Both the position numbers and the translations under genes were made by a program. Below the pieces are notes generated by a model. It did not search any database. It worked only from the letters and a program-made list of their open reading frames with translations, and had not been told where the DNA came from. Below are positions 29,022 to 37,644 of a DNA stretch of 64,000 nt, in pieces. This DNA comes from Candidatus Nanohalarchaeota archaeon. GTDB taxonomy: Archaea; Nanohalarchaeota; Nanosalinia; Nanosalinales; Nanosalinaceae. The stretch lies in assembly GCA_022729235.1 (NCBI GenBank), contig JALDAJ010000001.1:160001-224000 (forward strand), written 5' to 3'. Every line of letters starts with the position of its first letter. Position 1 is the stretch's first letter.

Positions 29022-31268
29022 ATGATAGGGTTCGAGAACCCTGAACTCCTTGCACTACTTGTGTTAGCGCTACCCGGTCTCTACTTCACATGGAAAAACA
29101 GCGGGCGCTACAGGACAGTTGTCAGCTTTTCACACTCAATCCTGATAGTTCTACTGGTAATAACCGCAGCAGCACCTTACATAAACGTTGACGAAGAGAG
29201 CCTGGAACAGCAGGAAATCGTGCTTTTGAAGGATGAGTCGACATCAGCGAGCCTTATGGAGGAATACGAGCTTGACCTGGGAGATATCCAGGTGAGGGAG
29301 AAAGTTATCGCATCAGGAAACGAGTCAAATCTCAGGCGCGGATTCGAGAGAAGTCTTGAACCGGACACCATGCACCTCGCGGTAAGTGATTTCCAGTCCC
29401 AGGAATCACTGGACGGTCTGGAAGAGGAGTTCAACGATAGAAACGCAACACTCAACGCGCTCAAACCATCCATGGAGAACGAGGCTTCAGTATCTATAGA
29501 AGGACCTGACTCCACTGTCCCGGGAGCGTCCAACACTTTCCGTGTCAATGTCCACTCCACAGCTGACAAACCCGTACCCCGGGTCTACCTGGACGGGTCA
29601 AGAGTATCACTTGACCAGGTTGAAGACGGTACATGGGAGTTTACCCGTAGCTTCTCGGATAAAGGTAGCTACGAGATAGAGGCGGAGATATACTCACCGG
29701 ACAGATTTGAACAAAACAACAGGTACTACCACGCCGTTGAAGTCATTGAGAAACCAAAGGTGCTTGTATACGGAAGAGAAGGTACTATGGAAGAACAGCT
29801 GGAAGAGTTTTATGACGTTGAAACTAGCGAAACACTTCCAGAAGACCTCTCGGAATACTACACCGTGATAATGAAGGAACAACCTCCTCAGGACCCTGTA
29901 GAATACGTATCACGCGGTAACGGCGTGGTCTACACCGGCGAATACGACGAAGGTATGAGTGTGTTACCGGTAAGGGCGCTACCAGAAGGTGACCAGGACC
30001 AGGGTGCCAAGGTAATGATTGTTTTCGACATCTCGATAGCGGCAGGAGAATGCGTAAGGGAACAGGAAATAGAAGGGTTCACGATATGCGTGGAAAGCGA
30101 GGGAGAAGGAGGAGCAGTCCAGGAATCAAAACAGATAGCATACAACCTCGTAGAACACTTGCCCTACAATAACAGGGTTGGAGCGGTAGCATTCAATGAT
30201 GAAGCAGTACTCATAAGCGAACCTGAGCCACTCTACCTGAACAGAGACCACCTCACTGACAGGATCTCCCGGATAGACACCGGAGGACCTTCTTACTACC
30301 ACACCGGACTGCTTGGAGGAGAAAGAGCTCTGCGCGGAGAGGGTAACATGATATTCATAACCGACGGTAAACGGCACCCTGCAGGAGAAGCAGTCAACAC
30401 TATGTCCCGGGCAGAGGCTATAGCTGAAGACCTGGATGTACAACTGATAACTGTAGGAGTAGGGGATGAGCCAAACGAAGAATTCCTCTCCGACCTCGCA
30501 GAAAAAGGAAACGGATTCTACCTCGACGCAACTGACTCTCCAAGACTCCAGTTCCGGTTTGACGCAGGAGGTGCGGCAGGAGAAACAGTACCACTTGCCG
30601 TAGTCAACCCGAATCACTTCATAACCGACGGGCTTGAACTATCCTCATCCGCAACACATTTTGACTCCGTAGAACCAAAAAGAGGAGCAGATGTGCTTGT
30701 AACCGGTACAGACGGGAGAGAGTTCCTGACAACGTGGAGATACGGACTCGGCAGGACCGCAGCATTCACCGGCGGAACCACAGAACTTTCAGAAATCTCC
30801 GAGTTCGATCCCAGAATGCTTACCAGGACCGTGAGCTGGACAGTAGGAGATCCGAAAAGAAAACAGGAGGAATGGTTGGAAGTAGACTCAGCCAGAAATC
30901 CTGAAACCGTAGAAGTCAGAGCATCTCACAACATGGACGGATTAACAAGACAGGGAGAAGACCTTTACACCACCGAATTAGAGCCAGAAGAAACAGGTTT
31001 CCACGAGTTCAACGGACGGACATACGCGTACAACTACAACTCCGAGATAGAAAAAGTAGGTTACAGCGACGAGATGGAAGAGACCGTCCGGATGACCGGA
31101 GGACAGGTCTACGAACCCGGCGAAGAGACGCGGATAAAAGAGGATTTAGAACAGTTTGGAGAGAAGAGGATAACCACCAAGAAAAACCTTTCAAAATACA
31201 TCCTGGCACTCGCCTTCATACTCTTCCTTGCCGAAGTCGGGTACAGGAAGATGAATGGTAAAAAGTGA
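29022..31268 (+). CDS. vWA domain membrane protein
   Basis: FENPELL N-terminal TMs, DESTSAS, FITDG, TVGVG, WRYGLGR and a C-terminal TM. Confidence 0.85.
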   Translation: MIGFENPELLALLVLALPGLYFTWKNSGRYRTVVSFSHSILIVLLVITAAAPYINVDEESLEQQEIVLLKDESTSASLMEEYELDLGDIQVREKVIASGNESNLRRGFERSLEPDTMHLAVSDFQSQESLDGLEEEFNDRNATLNALKPSMENEASVSIEGPDSTVPGASNTFRVNVHSTADKPVPRVYLDGSRVSLDQVEDGTWEFTRSFSDKGSYEIEAEIYSPDRFEQNNRYYHAVEVIEKPKVLVYGREGTMEEQLEEFYDVETSETLPEDLSEYYTVIMKEQPPQDPVEYVSRGNGVVYTGEYDEGMSVLPVRALPEGDQDQGAKVMIVFDISIAAGECVREQEIEGFTICVESEGEGGAVQESKQIAYNLVEHLPYNNRVGAVAFNDEAVLISEPEPLYLNRDHLTDRISRIDTGGPSYYHTGLLGGERALRGEGNMIFITDGKRHPAGEAVNTMSRAEAIAEDLDVQLITVGVGDEPNEEFLSDLAEKGNGFYLDATDSPRLQFRFDAGGAAGETVPLAVVNPNHFITDGLELSSSATHFDSVEPKRGADVLVTGTDGREFLTTWRYGLGRTAAFTGGTTELSEISEFDPRMLTRTVSWTVGDPKRKQEEWLEVDSARNPETVEVRASHNMDGLTRQGEDLYTTELEPEETGFHEFNGRTYAYNYNSEIEKVGYSDEMEETVRMTGGQVYEPGEETRIKEDLEQFGEKRITTKKNLSKYILALAFILFLAEVGYRKMNGKK

Positions 31269-31299
31269 GGTCGAGAAATATGATAAAGAGGGATAACCA

Positions 31300-31737
31300 G
31301 TGAAGACTCCGATGCTTAAGAGGAGACTGAACCCCTTCCTCCTGATCTCCACAGTTCTCATACTATCACTCCTTGCCGGACTCTCCGTACTCTACCAGGG
31401 ACAGCTCGACAACGTAGTCTCACAGAAGGAAGACCTCAGCGAGGAACTGCAGGAGAAGAACGAACGCATCGCCGAACTCCAGCAGGAAACAACCAACCTG
31501 ACGATGGAACTTGAAGACACGGAAAGCGAACTGGACCGTTACGTGGACCTGTACGAGTCCGAAAACGAACGCAGGGAAGAACTACAACAAGAAGTCGACT
31601 TCCTAGAAGGCGAACTCGGACAGTTCAGCGGAGGCGGAACAGTAAGCGAGATAAACCAGAGCCTGGATATGATGTGCGAACTTCACCTATCGGAAACAGG
31701 GGATAAACCGATTCACTGCACACAGTGGGGTCACTGA
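31300..31737 (+). CDS. membrane-anchored coiled-coil protein
   Basis: N-terminal TM followed by a long heptad repeat. The start may be 31312. Confidence 0.75.
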   Translation: MKTPMLKRRLNPFLLISTVLILSLLAGLSVLYQGQLDNVVSQKEDLSEELQEKNERIAELQQETTNLTMELEDTESELDRYVDLYESENERREELQQEVDFLEGELGQFSGGGTVSEINQSLDMMCELHLSETGDKPIHCTQWGH

Positions 31738-32489
31738 TGAGAGTAGAGAAACTGCTTAAACGGTTGAAAAGAGAGTTCGTGAAGGTCAACCTTTTGCAGG
31801 CATCACTGGACGCGTTACTGTTCTTCCTTTCCGTCAACCTCGTACTATTCCTGTTCTCAATAGAGATAATCCCTGGATTCTCTGATACCAAGGCGCTCGC
31901 AATCCTGACCTTTTTCTTCCTGATCGGCGACCTGTACCACCGCGCCAAAAACTACAACCTGGAAATATACGAGTATGAGAACCCTGAACTAGAAGAAGTT
32001 CTCAGGACTGCAAGAGACAACCTTGACCAGCGTAACATCGTCTCACAGGCACTTTTCGACGACCTGCTTGACCGCGCCAGGAAGGTCACGTCGGAAAGTA
32101 TAATCCCTAACAAGAAGATAATACAGAAGATAATCGTGGTCGGGATACTAAGCTTTCTCACTGTTTTCTCCGGTATCACCGGCTTCCAGATACAGGAAGA
32201 CGGCGTCGAACTCCTACCCAGCGTTGAAAGATTTGAAGAATACATAGGAGGCGGTGAGGACGAGTTCCAGTTCAGGAATACAACACAGATCTACGGAGAC
32301 GCAGAAGATGTAGACGCAGCGGATATGGATATAGACTTCAACATAACCGGTGAAGGAGAACGGCTGGAGGACGAAGGGATGGCAAGCCCTGAACCCGAGG
32401 ACATGACTCTAGACGTCACGGGAGACTCCATTGACGAAGACCTCGAACTCGCAAAGGAATACAGCCTGGCAATAAGAGAAATGCGATAG
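31737..32489 (+). CDS. membrane protein of the MoxR cluster
   Basis: Three TM helices, NPELEEVLRTARD and an acidic C-terminus. The start overlaps the previous stop. Confidence 0.78.
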   Translation: MRVEKLLKRLKREFVKVNLLQASLDALLFFLSVNLVLFLFSIEIIPGFSDTKALAILTFFFLIGDLYHRAKNYNLEIYEYENPELEEVLRTARDNLDQRNIVSQALFDDLLDRARKVTSESIIPNKKIIQKIIVVGILSFLTVFSGITGFQIQEDGVELLPSVERFEEYIGGGEDEFQFRNTTQIYGDAEDVDAADMDIDFNITGEGERLEDEGMASPEPEDMTLDVTGDSIDEDLELAKEYSLAIREMR

Positions 32490-32521
32490 GTTAAAATGGG
32501 ACTTTCACAAAGTAGATACAT

Positions 32522-33499
32522 ATGAAAATACAGGGCATGGACAAGGCAACGGACGATGCCGGAAACTACGGGAAGATAAACCAGAAACTGGCCCAAGCCC
32601 AGGAAGAAGTCAAGAAGGTTATAGTAGGCCAGGAAGAGGTCTTAGAAAAACTCCTTATATCTATCATGTGCGACGGGAACATCCTGGTAGAATCATACCC
32701 CGGGCTCGGAAAGACCAAAATGATACGTACCCTTTCCAGCGTTCTAGGACTGGATTTCTCACGGATACAGAACACGCCCGACCTGATGCCCTCGGACATA
32801 ACCGGGACACACATAATCGATGAAACCGGCGGGGAAACCGATTTCGTCTTCCAGAAAGGACCTATATTCGCGAACATGATTCTCGCAGACGAGATTAATA
32901 GGGCAACACCGAAGACCCAGGCTGCACTGCTCGAGGCAATGGAGGAGAAACAGGTCACCGCCGGAAACAAAAGCTACCAACTAGAAAAACCGTTCTTCCT
33001 CATGGCAACCCAGAACCCTATCGACCAGGAAGGAACCTACCCGTTACCAGAGGCGCAGAGCGACCGGTTTATAATGAAGATAAAGGTTGACTATCCCTCA
33101 GAGAACGAGGAAAACGAAATCGTTAACAGGTTCACATCAGAACTCAACTACGAACCAGAACTGGAAACAGTGCTATCGAAAGGTTCAGTGGTTAAAATAC
33201 AGGAGTTCGTCCGACAGGTACCTATCGCGGACGACATCAGGGAGAGGGCGGTCAGGATGGTGAAAAGAACACGTAACCACGAAGACCTGGACTGGGGTGC
33301 CTCACCGAGAGCATCGCTAAGCCTCGTAACGACCGCAAAGGCACGGGCGCTGATACAGGGAAGGAACCACGTGTCAGAGGATGATATCGAAAACATGGCT
33401 CTCCCTGTTCTCCGGCACAGGATAGGACTCAACTTCCAGGCAGAGAAGAAAGGAAAAACGGCTGAGGATGTGGTAGAGGAGATAGTGGACCAGACATAG
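32522..33499 (+). CDS. moxR: MoxR-family AAA+ ATPase
   Basis: PGLGKT, RIQNTPDLMPSDITG, ADEINRATPKTQAALLEAM, ATQNP and PVLRHR motifs. Confidence 0.96.
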   Translation: MKIQGMDKATDDAGNYGKINQKLAQAQEEVKKVIVGQEEVLEKLLISIMCDGNILVESYPGLGKTKMIRTLSSVLGLDFSRIQNTPDLMPSDITGTHIIDETGGETDFVFQKGPIFANMILADEINRATPKTQAALLEAMEEKQVTAGNKSYQLEKPFFLMATQNPIDQEGTYPLPEAQSDRFIMKIKVDYPSENEENEIVNRFTSELNYEPELETVLSKGSVVKIQEFVRQVPIADDIRERAVRMVKRTRNHEDLDWGASPRASLSLVTTAKARALIQGRNHVSEDDIENMALPVLRHRIGLNFQAEKKGKTAEDVVEEIVDQT

Positions 33500-33503
33500 G
33501 ACG

Positions 33504-34361
33504 ATGATAGAGCTTGACTTTCTCGACGAACTCGACAGATTTCAGCTGGCACTGAAAAAGAACTCCACAGAGCTGCAGCAGGGAGAACAAACATCAGCGT
33601 CGATGGGGCAGGGAATGGTTTTCGAGGACCACAAAAAATACGTCCCAGGAGACGATATCAGGAGGATGGACTGGAACGTCTACGCAAGGACCGAGGAACT
33701 CTTCATCAAGCGCTTCCAGGAAGAGAAAAGTGTTACAGTCCACGTACTAGTAGACCGTTCCTCATCGATGGACTATGGTCGCGTAAACAAGTACGAGTTC
33801 GCCTCAAAGATAGGGCTTGCGATCGCATACATGGTTTCCAATACCAACGACCGGTTCCGGTTCTCAGTATTCTCCGAAACAGTTACAGACATCTCATCCG
33901 CGAGAAGAAACGCTAACATGGGAGAAATCGTCGACACTATGAACGGTTTAAGACACACTCCTGAAAGCTTGATCGGGCGGTGCCTTACAGAATACTCAAA
34001 CCGGATACACAACAAGTCCACGATAGTCGTCCTCAGCGACTTCTTAACTGACATAGAGCAGATAGAAGAAGGAGTAGAACGCTTGAGAGGTGTTGACACG
34101 GTACTCGTTAACACTCTTGACGCCACAGAACTCGACCCGGACTTCGACGGTGACGCAATTTTAAAGGATCCCGAGAGCGATTCCCGGCTAAGAACCTATC
34201 TTTCCCGAAAGACAAAACAGGATTACCAGGACCGGTTAATGCAGCATACCTCACAGATAGAAGAGATAGCAGACAAGAACAACGCGCACTACCTACAGCT
34301 TTCAACAAACGAGGACCTCTTCAACGCATTCCTGAGAGTCTGGCGACAGCTTAACCGGTGA
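33504..34361 (+). CDS. DUF58 protein
   Basis: FEDHKKYVPGDDIRRMDW, DRSSSM and LSDF motifs; follows moxR. Confidence 0.93.
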   Translation: MIELDFLDELDRFQLALKKNSTELQQGEQTSASMGQGMVFEDHKKYVPGDDIRRMDWNVYARTEELFIKRFQEEKSVTVHVLVDRSSSMDYGRVNKYEFASKIGLAIAYMVSNTNDRFRFSVFSETVTDISSARRNANMGEIVDTMNGLRHTPESLIGRCLTEYSNRIHNKSTIVVLSDFLTDIEQIEEGVERLRGVDTVLVNTLDATELDPDFDGDAILKDPESDSRLRTYLSRKTKQDYQDRLMQHTSQIEEIADKNNAHYLQLSTNEDLFNAFLRVWRQLNR

Positions 34362-34400
34362 ACCTCTCTTACTAAAGAATTGCCATCAGAGAATCTTGTC

Positions 34401-35135
34401 ATGGAAATCTTAGGCTTTGAAACCATTGACTCACTGCCCCTACTGTACCGCCCGGAGCTGGACATGATAATCATCAGCGACCTGCATCTCGGGCTGGAGG
34501 GCTCAGTGACTTATGAAGGCGGATACGTTCCGCAGTTCCAGCTGGAAGGACTGATAGAAGACCTCGAACTCGCGAAAGAGGAGACCAACGCCTCAAGAAT
34601 CCTTGTCAATGGCGACCTGAAACACGAGTTCTCCACCACTCGGTACAGCGAGCAGAAAGAAATCGAGAAATTCCTGGGCTTCCTCAGCGATAGTTTTGAA
34701 GAAGTTATAGTCATCCAAGGCAACCACGACACTTTTCTCGAAAATCTCGTGGAAGACGTCGGCGAGTTCAAGGATCACCACCTGGAATCAGGCATCCTGT
34801 TCGTCCACGGGCACCAGGAATTTGACGATATAGAGGCAGAAGATTACGAAACCCTGGTTATCGGACACGAGCATCCCGCACTCGTGCTGAAAGACGAAAT
34901 CGGAGTAAAGGAGAAGGTGGACTGCTTCCTCTACGGCAAAATGCGGAACGGGAAAAATATCGTCGTGATGCCTGCATTTTCGAAAATATCCGGCGGCTCC
35001 AAGGTAAACCAGGTGCCTTCCAGCGAACTCCTGTCACCCGTGCTGAGAAACCAGGCCGATACCGGCGGTCTGAAGGCGGTCGCGGTCTCCAGAGAGGCAG
35101 GTCTCTTCGAATTCCCGGAACTTAATCGGATCTAG
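34401..35135 (+). CDS. calcineurin-like metallophosphoesterase (Lhr-associated type)
   Basis: SDLHLG, NGDLKH, GNHD, HGH, GHEHP and MPAF motifs. Confidence 0.92.
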   Translation: MEILGFETIDSLPLLYRPELDMIIISDLHLGLEGSVTYEGGYVPQFQLEGLIEDLELAKEETNASRILVNGDLKHEFSTTRYSEQKEIEKFLGFLSDSFEEVIVIQGNHDTFLENLVEDVGEFKDHHLESGILFVHGHQEFDDIEAEDYETLVIGHEHPALVLKDEIGVKEKVDCFLYGKMRNGKNIVVMPAFSKISGGSKVNQVPSSELLSPVLRNQADTGGLKAVAVSREAGLFEFPELNRI

Positions 35136-36304
35136 TTCTGCAGGCTGTGGGCAGCCACCAGGAATATAACCGCGGATATCCCTGCGGCAACTATGAAGCT
35201 AGCGTTCAGGCTCCATACCGAGGCGACTGTGCCCGCCATGAAGGGTCCCAGCGCCTGCCCCGAGTGCTTGAAAAGCTCCAGGAAGCCCACCATCTCGCTC
35301 TCAACAGCCTCCGGCACGTTCCTGTCAAAGACTGAGTGGAGTACCGGGGTAAACCCCGAAATCAGTGTCATCGCCACCAGGTAAAACCCGGCGAGGATGT
35401 ACAGCTCTCCGACTATACCCATCACGAAAAGGACTGGTGTCACCAGGAGCGCCAGCACAACCGTTACTTTCAGCTGTCCTACCCTGTCGCCGAGGTCGCC
35501 AAACACGAACTGGAACGTCCTCGGTAACGCAGCGGCTCCAAAGACAAGTCCCATAGTGACGAAGTCCGCACCCATTCTTTCCAGCATCAGCGGTATAGCG
35601 AGCCAGAAGAAGGAGAAAACTATCGAGTGCAGGAATATCAGGGCTATAGGCAGCTTTACGCCGCTCCAGTTCTCTTTCAGGTGCCGGATATCGTTGGAGT
35701 AAGTATTTCTCTCGAACAGGTCGTTCATGGAGTCGAAGAACCCTCTTTTACCTTCAAGACCGATGTAGACGTAGAAAACCAGTAGTGTAAGCATTGAACC
35801 TCCCAGCCAGATAAGTATCGGTAGCTGGAAACCGTGACTCATAATCAGGTAACCGCCTATAACCGGTCCCATAACCGCGGCGAGCTGTAGACCAAGAAGA
35901 AATACCGAGAGCGCCTCGGATTCGTAGTCCTCGTCCGCCGATTTCATAGAGACGCTCCATGATCCGCTCCAGACAAGAGATTTCATAACACCTTCACAAA
36001 CCTTCGCGGCACCTAGAAGCACCGGGACTGCCGTAAGGTAAAGTATAGATGGCAGGACACCGACAACAAAACCTGCAAATATCACTACCCTCTCACCTGA
36101 CCGCTGGACAAGGTTCCCAACAGGGATGTCTATCAGGACGGGTACGAAAGCGAAGAGCGAGGTAAGAACTCCTACCCAGAAAACGCTCATGTGCTGCTCG
36201 AAGTAAATCGGTAGAAAGTTCCAGACTGTATAAGCAGTAATCCAGTAAAGGAAGAACACTACTGACAGGTACTTTGCTATCTCCGGTATCCTGTCAAACT
36301 TCAT
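35132..36304 (-). CDS. MFS transporter
   Basis: About 12 TMs, with GDLGDRVG and GQALGP motifs. Confidence 0.9.
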   Translation of the reverse strand: MKFDRIPEIAKYLSVVFFLYWITAYTVWNFLPIYFEQHMSVFWVGVLTSLFAFVPVLIDIPVGNLVQRSGERVVIFAGFVVGVLPSILYLTAVPVLLGAAKVCEGVMKSLVWSGSWSVSMKSADEDYESEALSVFLLGLQLAAVMGPVIGGYLIMSHGFQLPILIWLGGSMLTLLVFYVYIGLEGKRGFFDSMNDLFERNTYSNDIRHLKENWSGVKLPIALIFLHSIVFSFFWLAIPLMLERMGADFVTMGLVFGAAALPRTFQFVFGDLGDRVGQLKVTVVLALLVTPVLFVMGIVGELYILAGFYLVAMTLISGFTPVLHSVFDRNVPEAVESEMVGFLELFKHSGQALGPFMAGTVASVWSLNASFIVAAGISAVIFLVAAHSLQN

Positions 36305-36353
36305 CGAACTTCTGTAAATCTTTGATAAATCGCCGCGTTAAAAAGGTCTCGAT

Positions 36354-36572
36354 TCAGTGAGTGATGAACGGATCATCTTCCGATTCCTCTTCTTCCTGTT
36401 CTTCTTCCCGCTCTTTCTGACGCTGTATGAACTCCTTTTTCGCCTCTTCCTTCAGCTCCTGGTAGCGCTTCTCCGCCTTGTCCTGGTTCGTCCCTGCTTC
36501 CTCCTTCTTCAACTCCTGGTACCGGGTCTCGGAGTCCTCCTCGCTGTCGTCACTGTTGAACAGGTCAGTCAC
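36354..36572 (-). CDS. small acidic hypothetical protein
   Basis: GTG at 36572 after GGAGG; contains an RYQELK duplication. Confidence 0.6.
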   Translation of the reverse strand: MTDLFNSDDSEEDSETRYQELKKEEAGTNQDKAEKRYQELKEEAKKEFIQRQKEREEEQEEEESEDDPFITH

Positions 36573-36789
36573 GTCTATCCCTCCCGACAAAAGGCAGGTA
36601 TCTTTCAAGCACGAAAAGCTTTCCTATCGTCTTCGACGTTTTCTCGATGGATTCAGCAGATCGCTCAACCGAACGGATGGTTCTATCAAGATTTCTCAGG
36701 ATAAATATCAGATAGACGAATACTCCTAGAAAAACCAGTTTGATGGCAGCGTCCAGCGCCAGATTCAACGTCGCAAGATCTACGGGCAT
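36565..36789 (-). CDS. small membrane protein with coiled coil
   Basis: One TM followed by a heptad segment; overlaps the next gene. Confidence 0.65.
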   Translation of the reverse strand: MPVDLATLNLALDAAIKLVFLGVFVYLIFILRNLDRTIRSVERSAESIEKTSKTIGKLFVLERYLPFVGRDRRD

Positions 36790-36879
36790 ATACAGACTTT
36801 ATAGTCCTCGATTATTATATTCTTGGCTACTTCGAGAAAGTCTTAAAAGCCTGTGAACGGAAATTTCAGGTGTGATAAC

Positions 36880-37221
36880 ATGGTAGAAGTCCCAGAAGAC
36901 ACAAACGTTGCAGATCTTCCTTTCACACACGCCAGGATTAAAAGAATGATAAGAGACAAGGCGTCAGACGGCCAATACGTGCGCTCAAACGTATACTATG
37001 GCCTTAACCTTCTCCTAGGCGAAATCGCGGAAGAAATCATCGACAACATGATGGACACAGAAGCCGCATACGTCGAGAAACATCACCTTGATCACGCAGC
37101 CAGGAAATACGAGAAGGTCGAGAACATCATCCAGGAGAAAGAGAGGGTCTCCCGGAAACTTGACGCGCTAGCGTCAGACATCGAGCGGCTTTCACGCGAG
37201 GTCGAACAGGCCGACCACTAG
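36880..37221 (+). CDS. histone-fold protein with C-terminal coiled coil
   Basis: LPFTHARIKRMIR (helix 1), VRSNV (L1), a long helix 2, YVEKHHLDHA (L2/helix 3), then heptads. Confidence 0.72.
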   Translation: MVEVPEDTNVADLPFTHARIKRMIRDKASDGQYVRSNVYYGLNLLLGEIAEEIIDNMMDTEAAYVEKHHLDHAARKYEKVENIIQEKERVSRKLDALASDIERLSREVEQADH

Positions 37222-37302
37222 ACCATTTCCTCCATCCCTTTTCTTTCTATCTCTATCTGGGACACCGACCCTTTTTGAATCTTATAACATTGTTATACTC
37301 TG

Positions 37303-37644
37303 ATGCGTTTCGAAGCCGAGGTCATAACCGAGGAAATCCTCCCTGCGATAAGGAGTATCATCGCCACTAGACTTCACCAGGAGTACGGTCTGACACAGGA
37401 GGAAATAGCCAACAGGCTCGAAGTCACACAGCCCGCTGTATCTCAATATTTAAGCCAGTCGCGCGCCGACCAGGACGTGGTAGAGAAATTGAGAGATGAC
37501 CCGCAGGTAGACATCATGCTGGACGATGCCTCGGGTAACGCCGCGAAGGGTAAAGAGTTCTCAGGAAATGTCTCGCAGGTAATCGAAACCGTGCGTGACA
37601 AGGGACTGCTCAAAGAGAAGTTTCAGGACACCAAGAAACTCTAG
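37303..37644 (+). CDS. HTH transcriptional regulator (COG2522-like)
   Basis: EILPAIRSIIA and LTQEEIANRLEVTQPAVSQYL motifs. Confidence 0.88.
   Translation: MRFEAEVITEEILPAIRSIIATRLHQEYGLTQEEIANRLEVTQPAVSQYLSQSRADQDVVEKLRDDPQVDIMLDDASGNAAKGKEFSGNVSQVIETVRDKGLLKEKFQDTKKL

Noticed and set aside
36354-36572. RYQELK duplication as a repeat system
   Set aside because: Only two short copies in a small helical protein.
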